Virus record (IMG/VR): IMGVR_UViG_3300037851_000840
Coordinates: 1-42,550 of that record
Reading direction: 5' to 3' (one strand)
From: a virus
Taxonomy: Duplodnaviria > Caudoviricetes
DNA: 42,550 bases
In this document: one piece after another, positions 36,429 through 42,550 of the stretch
Numbering within the stretch: position 1 is the first letter of the stretch
Layout of the letters: the number at the start of each line of letters is the position of its first letter
Notes under the pieces: model-generated
The model's input: the letters and a program-made list of their open reading frames with translations, nothing else
Database searches by the model: none
What the model was told of the DNA's origin: nothing
Translations under genes and position numbers: made by a program

Positions 36429-37210
36429 TGATGTGCAAAACGTGTGTTCGCCGGGTAGGGAATAAAAAAAAGCTGCTCAATTCTTTGCTGGGTTCTTTTC
36501 CACAAAAAATTGATACATTTGTGGATCTGTTTATGGGGTCAGGTACTGTGACGCTGGCGATGGCCAAACGTGCGCCGTATGTGATTGCCAACGATAACGA
36601 TCAAGATGTATTTAATTTTTTTATGGTGCTGAAAGAGCGCAAAGAAGAGTTGACGCTCGCCTTGGAAAAGACGCCGGTTCATGAAAGTTTGTTTTTGCAT
36701 TGGGGCAAAAACGAAGAAACGGACCCGGTATGGAAGGCCGTGCGGTTTATAATGTTGAATAATTTTGGGTTATATTGGAATGATAGCACATTTAAAATGG
36801 ACGCGGCAAATAACAGCAAACGGATTTCGCTTGACCGGATAGAAGAATGTTATTTACGGGTTCAAAATGTTGTGTTTTGCTGCTGTGATTTTCGTGATTT
36901 TTTTAAAAAATACAGTGAAAAATGGGCTGAGCGGCGGACGACGTTTGTTTATGCTGATCCGCCTTATTGTGAAACGAACGGCGGGACTTATGCCGGGTTT
37001 AAACAAAGGGATACTTTGGAATTGTTTGAGCTTTTATGCTCTTCAGGCAAAAAGTTTGCTGTGAGTGAATTTTGGAATGATTTTATTGTTCAAACGGCCA
37101 AAGATTTTGGCTTTAATGTGATTCGTTTGGGTGAGCGGCAAACGTTGAAAAATAGAAACGTTGAGGTTTTGATTTGTAATTATAACCCGGTGATGCCTTT
37201 GTTTGCATAG
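36425..37210 (+). CDS. Dam-like (D12 class) N6-adenine methyltransferase
   Basis: GNK, FVDLFMGSG, IANDND, VYADPPY, EVLICNY. Confidence 0.92.
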   Translation: MMMCKTCVRRVGNKKKLLNSLLGSFPQKIDTFVDLFMGSGTVTLAMAKRAPYVIANDNDQDVFNFFMVLKERKEELTLALEKTPVHESLFLHWGKNEETDPVWKAVRFIMLNNFGLYWNDSTFKMDAANNSKRISLDRIEECYLRVQNVVFCCCDFRDFFKKYSEKWAERRTTFVYADPPYCETNGGTYAGFKQRDTLELFELLCSSGKKFAVSEFWNDFIVQTAKDFGFNVIRLGERQTLKNRNVEVLICNYNPVMPLFA

Positions 37211-37227
37211 GACGAGAGGTTTTTTTT

Positions 37228-37617
37228 ATGGCGACGACTTTGAATGGCGCGATCAGTTTGGGGCTTGATGCTTACTGGGAAGATGAACACAAATGGACGG
37301 CCAACGTTCAAACCGTGCGGAGAACGCTCTCTGGCGGGGTGGTGGTTGAACGGCTGTTTGACCCGGTTACCGAGGGTCGGCCCATGACGGTTTTGTGCCC
37401 ATTTATTCAAAAGTCTGTTGTGGATTCTTTGATTGCCTTGCGAGACGGCCAGAGTCAAGGGCCTTGGGTTATGGCTTTTCATGATCGGCAGGGAACGTAT
37501 GAGGTGATTTTTCGGCATGAAGACGGGGAACCGGTTGAGGTTTTGCCGAGGATTCCCAGGCCGAATCATGAAAGCACGGATCGGTTTAATGTTCGATTGA
37601 AGTTGATGGTGGTGTAG
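37228..37617 (+). CDS. Distal-tail-like structural protein
   Basis: WEDE..W..VQTVRRTLSGGVVV..GRPMT; GAGG RBS. Confidence 0.65.
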   Translation: MATTLNGAISLGLDAYWEDEHKWTANVQTVRRTLSGGVVVERLFDPVTEGRPMTVLCPFIQKSVVDSLIALRDGQSQGPWVMAFHDRQGTYEVIFRHEDGEPVEVLPRIPRPNHESTDRFNVRLKLMVV

Positions 37618-37894
37618 TAGTCTTTGGGATGATCTGGTTCACGCCATTATTAGTGTTGATCAATTCTATTGCTAATTGCTTTCCCTTCTCAGTCAACCAG
37701 CCGAGATCACTTGTGACGCCATAATCATATAATCCACGATTTGACCATTTTTCTAAAAGATACCACGCTCGCTTATAATGGATATTGAATCCTGGTTCAT
37801 TGATCAAATCTCTCGGCGTTATTTGCTCTAAAAGTTTTTTGCCTTGACATCGCTGGAAAAATTGCATCAGAAAATTTTTTTCGTCTTGTTTCAT
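37586..37894 (-). CDS. Hypothetical phage protein
   Basis: KRAWYLLEKW..GLYDYGVTSDLGWLT. Confidence 0.7.
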   Translation of the reverse strand: MKQDEKNFLMQFFQRCQGKKLLEQITPRDLINEPGFNIHYKRAWYLLEKWSNRGLYDYGVTSDLGWLTEKGKQLAIELINTNNGVNQIIPKTTTPPSTSIEH

Positions 37895-38155
37895 AGGATT
37901 ATTTATTCTGGCTTTAAAGCCTGAAATTTCATTTCTTCATCCCGTCGTTCGGCATATACTCCATTGCCATTTTTTGTAAAATTGCAAAAGCCGGGATTCC
38001 AAAATTGACCAAATACCCTAAAATTTCAAGGGCTGCTCTGGCTTGTCGAGGAGCTAAACAGGTTTCGATGCACGGACGGAAAACCCATTGTTCAACGCCG
38101 GGCTCCGTTTTTTCTTTTAAAAATTTCGGTAATTTCTGCCGGATGTTGTATCATT

Positions 38156-38509
38156 TTAAGTCTCCTTTTGGTTCTGTTCCCGGTCGAGTGGCTGGTTATG
38201 GGTTTTTTTGGAAGATTTTTTAATCAACCACGCGTGATATTCCTTTGCTGTATGGACACAATGTCTATTATCAAGAGTACATTTACCATCTTGAAAACAT
38301 GGACAGCACACATCATTACAAAATGTTACCATACTTATACCTCCATCGTCCGGTTCATGCACTTGTTCGGCGCATTTTTTCTCAACAAAACCGACAAAAT
38401 CCCTCCCATTGCTATACATAAAACTTTTCGCCATCTCTCTATCGCTCGAAAAAACACCATCCCAATACTCTTCATCAGCAATCAACGCTTTTAATTCTGT
38501 AATATCCAT
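38156..38509 (-). CDS. Hypothetical protein, probably two fused cassette ORFs
   Basis: GAGGAGG RBS; internal GGAGG plus ATG (MVTFCND) just after a half attC. Confidence 0.55.
   Translation of the reverse strand: MDITELKALIADEEYWDGVFSSDREMAKSFMYSNGRDFVGFVEKKCAEQVHEPDDGGISMVTFCNDVCCPCFQDGKCTLDNRHCVHTAKEYHAWLIKKSSKKTHNQPLDREQNQKET
38177..38201 (-). mobile_element. Left-half attC remnant
   Basis: CCATAAC-CAGCCACTCGACCGG at the ORF end; no right arm. Confidence 0.5.
38347..38371 (-). mobile_element. Left-half attC remnant
   Basis: GCCGAAC-AAGTGCATGAACCGGACG; no right arm. Confidence 0.55.
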
Positions 38510-38526
38510 ATTCCCTCCTCGTGGTG

Positions 38527-38581
38527 CATGTACATTAAGTTAAGTGGCGGCTTTGCCGTCCACTTGAACGCCTTGTTAGGT
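38527..38581 (-). mobile_element. attC site 6 (55 bp), non-canonical R'
   Basis: ACCTAAC-AAGGCGTTCAAGTGGACGGCAAAGCCGCCACTTAACTTAAT-GTACATG. Confidence 0.85.
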
Positions 38582-38800
38582 TTCTTCGATTTCCACAAGC
38601 CCTTGTTCATCTTCTTGCAAAAAAACATAGGCCGGGTATTCATCCTCAGAATTACCAGAGTAGCTACCATAGGATGACACCACAAAACAATGAGAGCCAT
38701 CTTGGAACCCCAGCTTTGCCCACGCCTCATCGTCGTACTCTGGTTTTTTCATCAGTTGTGCGCTAATAATCGTCTTTCCAACTAAATCTTTGAACTTCAT
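38576..38800 (-). CDS. Cassette A: 74-aa acidic hypothetical protein
   Basis: GGAGG RBS, MKFKDLVGKTII; stop TAA inside R''; cassette starts G|TTAGGTT, complementary to AACCTAAC. Confidence 0.8.
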   Translation of the reverse strand: MKFKDLVGKTIISAQLMKKPEYDDEAWAKLGFQDGSHCFVVSSYGSYSGNSEDEYPAYVFLQEDEQGLVEIEET

Positions 38801-38857
38801 TTCTTCCTCCAGTCTGGCGTCAGTGTTTTGGCTTGTCCGAAACACTGCAAAAGATCA

Positions 38858-38967
38858 ACCTAACGTTCGTTTTCACCTGCCTTGAAAGGCGGGCGCAACG
38901 AGCTTTAATTTTCAGCAACCAAAGTTCCAGCCCGCCTTTCAAGGTCAGGTGCAAAACGTTGTTCTGC
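38858..38967 (-). mobile_element. attC site 5 (110 bp)
   Basis: GCAGAAC-AACGTTTTGCACCTGACCTTGAAAGGCGGGC...GCCCGCCTTTCAAGGCAGGTGAAAACGAAC-GTTAGGT. Confidence 0.9.
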
Positions 38968-39654
38968 TGTGTTTTCAATTCCGTCGAACAATTTGCCCTG
39001 ATAGGAATCAGGGTACACTACCGGCTTAAATAGATTCTGTTGTAATTCCGCCTGTCTGATACGCTTTTCAGCTATGACGAAGTAATCCGGCGAAATTTCA
39101 CAACCAATAAAAGAACGATTTATTTTCAGACACGCTTTCCCCACTGTGCCGCTTCCCATGAAAGGATCGAATATGACGTCCCCTTCATCTGAAATGATTC
39201 TGGCAATATGAGAAGCCCACATCACCGGCTTTGGGCATGGATGACCGTTTGCCGTTTTATCCTTGACGAAGGTTGCATGGAAATAATCGCTCTGCCGTTC
39301 ATGCTTTCCGGTTTTCCCGTAAATCAAAACCGGCTCCCAATTACTGAACCCGAAAGGTGAATGTCCTACAGAAAACGGTTTATGCCAACATAAAATCCAA
39401 ACAGGATCTTTTATGCGGCTCCACATGCTCAAATTCTTGGTGCCACAACTAAAGGCGATAGTTTTAGAACAAATTCGCTCTAATTCAGATAACCAATAAC
39501 CGCACCATTCAGCATAATCCTTGCGATTATCGTCGGTTGTTATCCCGTAATCAATGCCGACATTGTAGGGTGGGTCAGTAATCACGGCGTCAACGCTTTT
39601 ATCTGGCAGCGTTCGCATGTATTCAAGGCAATCGCCGTTGTATAACTTAACCAT
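38905..39654 (-). CDS. Beta-class N4-C/N6-A DNA methyltransferase cassette
   Basis: GDCLE, ITDPPY, HPCPKP, DPFMGSGT; C-terminus reads into attC5. Confidence 0.93.
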   Translation of the reverse strand: MVKLYNGDCLEYMRTLPDKSVDAVITDPPYNVGIDYGITTDDNRKDYAEWCGYWLSELERICSKTIAFSCGTKNLSMWSRIKDPVWILCWHKPFSVGHSPFGFSNWEPVLIYGKTGKHERQSDYFHATFVKDKTANGHPCPKPVMWASHIARIISDEGDVIFDPFMGSGTVGKACLKINRSFIGCEISPDYFVIAEKRIRQAELQQNLFKPVVYPDSYQGKLFDGIENTAEQRFAPDLERRAGTLVAEN

Positions 39655-39670
39655 GTTAAAACCTCAAGCA

Positions 39671-39778
39671 GCAGAACGTTTCATTTCACCGGCTTGGAAA
39701 GGCGGCGCAACTAAGCCTGAAATACAGCACCGGATTTTCTCGCCGCCTTTTCAAGTCCGGTGCAAATGATTGTTATAC
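39671..39778 (-). mobile_element. attC site 4 (108 bp)
   Basis: GTATAAC-AATCATTTGCACCGGACTTGAAAAGGCGGCG...CGCCGCCTTTCCAAGCCGGTGAAATGAAAC-GTTCTGC. Confidence 0.9.
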
Positions 39779-40219
39779 TTCCGTGCTTTTCTCCCACAAT
39801 GGCAAGAACGCCCGTTCTAAATACCACTGGTGCGCCTTTTTTGAATGAAAACCTAATGACGTTTCATGCCATTTGCTCAACCCGAAATTCGCGCTTGAAA
39901 TGTATATCGTTGACGGTTCAATCATCAGAATCTTTGAATGAACGCTTTTATTCAGCGCTATTCTGATATTTTGAAACCGATTTTTGATCCGCCCGGCGAT
40001 TGTAGCAAATTTCTCGTGAGCAATCAAAAAAATATCATACGGACGCCGAGAAAATTGAGTTTCGACATATTCCATGTTTGGCAGAGAATAGGTAATTATC
40101 CGCACGGTTCCTTCTTGTTTTGACAACTGGGAAAGTTTCATCGCCCAGGTTGCCCCACACGATAGCAATGCGTCATTGCACTTGAAAGCAATTCCTACAC
40201 TGTTAGTTTTAAACGCCAT
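39773..40219 (-). CDS. PLD/Nuc-like single-domain protein cassette
   Basis: HSKILMIE..YISSANF (HxK motif, D replaced by E); stop inside R'' of attC4. Confidence 0.8.
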   Translation of the reverse strand: MAFKTNSVGIAFKCNDALLSCGATWAMKLSQLSKQEGTVRIITYSLPNMEYVETQFSRRPYDIFLIAHEKFATIAGRIKNRFQNIRIALNKSVHSKILMIEPSTIYISSANFGLSKWHETSLGFHSKKAHQWYLERAFLPLWEKSTEV

Positions 40220-40239
40220 GTGCTTACCACAAGAAGGAA

Positions 40240-40297
40240 GTATAACAAAAAGTTAAGCGGCGGCGCTTTGGCCGTCCGCTTGAACGGCTTGTTAGAC
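40240..40297 (-). mobile_element. attC site 3 (58 bp)
   Basis: GTCTAAC-AAGCCGTTCAAGCGGACGGCCAAAGCGCCGCCGCTTAACTTTTT-GTTATAC. Confidence 0.92.
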
Positions 40298-40831
40298 ATC
40301 CCATTTCCCGGTATTGTCTTTTTCAAACGTCTTTTTTAATCCAAAATTCCCTTGCGTATGAAAGATAACAATACCTTCCGGTTTCATAAATCCTGGCGCT
40401 GCAATGCTTCCGCTAATCCTCAACTGATTCATAATATCCTCTACATTCAGCGTATCAAACGTCCCCCTCCATAACACAGGGACAACATGACAACAGATAG
40501 GACGGTTTTGTTCCCAACGTGCCGTGTTGAACAGGCTGAATCGTTTTTCACTCAGTCCATACCTGCGTTGTATCCCTTGCCCCCACCACTCTCCAAAATG
40601 ACGACCAACACCTAATTGCATAAGATCCTCTTTACGGTCATGCGCCCATCGAGAAAACCCGTAATTATCATCTTGCGGAGTAATCCACCGGGTACGGCTT
40701 CCGGTTAAAAATTCGCCGTCTTCCGTAATATGGATTTGGGCGTTCGTGCCATCGATTTTTTCAGTGACAATGACTTCACGGCTAAACCGCGATATTTTCG
40801 GAAACTTCATAAATTCTGGTTGCATAGACAT
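40292..40831 (-). CDS. RNA ligase (Rnl2-like adenylation domain) cassette
   Basis: Motif I TEKIDGTN, GSRTRW, FGEWWG, FSLFN, PEGIVI; stop inside R'' of attC3. Confidence 0.88.
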   Translation of the reverse strand: MSMQPEFMKFPKISRFSREVIVTEKIDGTNAQIHITEDGEFLTGSRTRWITPQDDNYGFSRWAHDRKEDLMQLGVGRHFGEWWGQGIQRRYGLSEKRFSLFNTARWEQNRPICCHVVPVLWRGTFDTLNVEDIMNQLRISGSIAAPGFMKPEGIVIFHTQGNFGLKKTFEKDNTGKWDV

Positions 40832-40843
40832 AATGTTCTCCTT

Positions 40844-40921
40844 TCAAAGTAGTTGGATTTTTGCGGTAGCTCCACGACGGAGCTTATTTACGATAGATTG
40901 CTTTGCTTGTTTCGTTTTCAT
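40844..40921 (-). CDS. 25-aa leader ORF
   Basis: GGGAGG RBS; MKTKQAKQSIVNKLRRGATAKIQLL; stop overlaps the ligase RBS region. Confidence 0.35.
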   Translation of the reverse strand: MKTKQAKQSIVNKLRRGATAKIQLL

Positions 40922-40946
40922 ATTATCCTCCCGCCTCATCGAAGAG

Positions 40947-41030
40947 GCATAACAAATTGATATAAAAGAAATATTTTTTTTGCGCTTTTTGAGAGCAAAA
41001 TAAAAAAATCTTTTTTAACTGCTGTCAATG
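40947..41030 (-). mobile_element. attI-like site with upstream AT-rich promoter region
   Basis: TTTTATATCAATTT-GTTATGC core with no attC hairpin; TTGACA at 41028..41023, weak -10. Confidence 0.45.
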
Positions 41031-41078
41031 CGTTTTAAACGACTCACAAAACATGAATCAAGAAAGAGGAAATCGTTA

Positions 41079-42230
41079 TTAGAAGTCAAGTTTCAAAACC
41101 TCCGCTATGTGCAATCTCACGTTATCAGAAATATGCTCCTTGCTTGATTCAATAATTTTGGTTATATTTTTCTTGCAATCTTCAAGAAAAGAAAAAACTT
41201 TTGTTGCTTCACTGCTATTTTTTAATCCGTTTAACAGCGTTTTTATCTCGTTGAACTTAATATAAGTTCTACCATAAGAACATCTCTTTATATCTTGTTT
41301 TTCTTCCCAATCCATTCTCCTGAATTGTTCGCCGGATGGCTGATAAACAAATTCTTCATTTTGAAAATTTTTATTAACACTGATAACATCAAATAATGCA
41401 TTGGCTAATACATCTTTCGATGTTCGGTAATTATCAATTATAGTTTGACACTCCCGTAAATTCAACTTTGGCACAGTTTTAGAAATATTATAAATCTTTT
41501 CGTATGGCAGCAAATAAAATTCTGCAAATTTATATGCAAAAAATTCAGGGACTTCATTTTCATCAATTCTGGATTTCCAATATAGGTTAGGAAGAAAGAT
41601 ATCTATTTGGACTTCAGTATCAATATCAAACAAGAGATGTGCGATTTCGTGTGCAAGAGAAAAGCGTATCCTCTGAGGCGGCTTGGAAATATTGATACAT
41701 ATAGCTACATGCTTATTGTTGTTAATGATAAAAGCGTCAAATTCAACATGGCTACTTTTGATAGGTAAAACAGGTATTGAAAAATTGGAAATAAAATTTT
41801 CAGGAGTCCCATATTTTAATTGAATTTTTGATGCAAAAGCAGCAGCCTCAGAAATAATATCAGCACGCTCATAACTCTTATTGCTGATCCGTGTCATTTT
41901 TGGAATGTTAATAGTCGGTAAAAAATCTTCAATTGATAAAAAAATATCTTCAATCTCTGATGCAAATTTTTGAATATTAAAATCTACATTTCGGAATGCC
42001 AATTTTGGCGTTGGATATTCTTCACTGTATATAAATCGAACAGGGTTTATTCCAAATCCATTACAAATTCTTGTTATTTCAGAAAAAGTAATTTCTCTCT
42101 TTTTTGACAAATATCCCTTAATAATCTCATCCGAAATTTTGATAAGATTGCAGACTTGATTCGCTGATATATTTCGCCTCTTAATTTCATACAAAATGCG
42201 ATTTGCTATTTCTTTACGAATACTTGTCAT
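41079..42230 (-). CDS. XRE HTH plus ImmA/IrrE metallopeptidase
   Basis: N-terminal HTH, RIRFSLAHEIAH (HExxH), EFFAYKFAEFYLLP; AGGAG RBS; AT-rich. Confidence 0.88.
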   Translation of the reverse strand: MTSIRKEIANRILYEIKRRNISANQVCNLIKISDEIIKGYLSKKREITFSEITRICNGFGINPVRFIYSEEYPTPKLAFRNVDFNIQKFASEIEDIFLSIEDFLPTINIPKMTRISNKSYERADIISEAAAFASKIQLKYGTPENFISNFSIPVLPIKSSHVEFDAFIINNNKHVAICINISKPPQRIRFSLAHEIAHLLFDIDTEVQIDIFLPNLYWKSRIDENEVPEFFAYKFAEFYLLPYEKIYNISKTVPKLNLRECQTIIDNYRTSKDVLANALFDVISVNKNFQNEEFVYQPSGEQFRRMDWEEKQDIKRCSYGRTYIKFNEIKTLLNGLKNSSEATKVFSFLEDCKKNITKIIESSKEHISDNVRLHIAEVLKLDF

Positions 42231-42252
42231 TCTCACTCCTTTTAACGGGTGT

Positions 42253-42390
42253 TCACAATAGAAATAAGTTGATTTCTATTTTCGTGATGCACCAGGAACA
42301 CAACGAGACTACAGTATCAATTTCTTCAGGCTGGAATTCCCCTAACACTTTCGATGTTTCGCTCTTATCATTTATACAAATTTTTATCAT
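42253..42390 (-). CDS. 45-aa ORF, possibly a truncated cassette gene
   Basis: MIKICINDKSETSKVLGEFQPEEIDTVVSL..., first ORF after attC2. Confidence 0.35.
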   Translation of the reverse strand: MIKICINDKSETSKVLGEFQPEEIDTVVSLCSWCITKIEINLFLL

Positions 42391-42418
42391 ATTTCCATTC
42401 ACCTTTCATTTACGAGAG

Positions 42419-42473
42419 GCCGAACATTAAGTTAAGTGGCGGCTTTGCCGTCCACTTGAACGCCTTGTTAGGT
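42419..42473 (-). mobile_element. attC site 2 (55 bp)
   Basis: Same as attC6 up to ..TTAATGT, then R' GTTCGGC. Confidence 0.88.
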
Positions 42474-42550
42474 TTCTTCGATTTCCACAAGCCCTTGTTC
42501 ATCTTCTTGCAAAAAAACATAGGCCGGGTATTCATCCTCAGAATTACCAG
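42424..42550. repeat. Direct repeat of 38532..38658 (3' part of cassette A)
   Basis: 127 bp identical. Confidence 0.95.

Noticed and set aside
37900-38153. Gene between 37894 and 38156
   Set aside because: The ATG after the RBS reaches a stop within about 20 codons; it may be a frameshifted remnant but cannot be supported.
38527-40297. Hairpins as simple rho-independent terminators
   Set aside because: They lack U-tracts, have AAC/GTT cores and bulges, and show cross-cassette complementarity.
40866-40890. IS200/IS605 end hairpin (AGCTCC-ACGAC-GGAGCT)
   Set aside because: Only a 6-bp stem, with no tnpA/tnpB or second end.

Overview
This looks like a near-complete, probably circular ~42.7 kb temperate-derived siphovirus genome. 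Modules, in order: a leftward early operon (cro-like HTH, DEDD exonuclease, dUTPase); a decayed lysogeny module (XRE HTH fused to a frameshifted tyrosine integrase, next to a tmRNA-type attP); SF3 helicase, iteron origin and DnaG-type primase; a ParB-N/radical SAM block; lambda-like GpA terminase; an AT-rich island of small ORFs driven by three repeated strong promoters; gpW, portal, protease-capsid fusion and tail genes; and a Dam-like methylase. The main result is an integron-type gene-cassette array on the minus strand that runs across the contig ends (about 294..1 and 42550..38150). It has six full attC sites, three half sites and one attI-like site, but no integron integrase. Four cassettes start with bases exactly complementary to the R'' box of their own attC. 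One cassette is present twice, with identity ending at the G|TT crossover points. The cargo is phage-type (RNA ligase, PLD-like nuclease, DNA methyltransferase, XRE-ImmA peptidase, an ORF-less promoter cassette). All protein calls come from motif recognition by eye, not from database searches.
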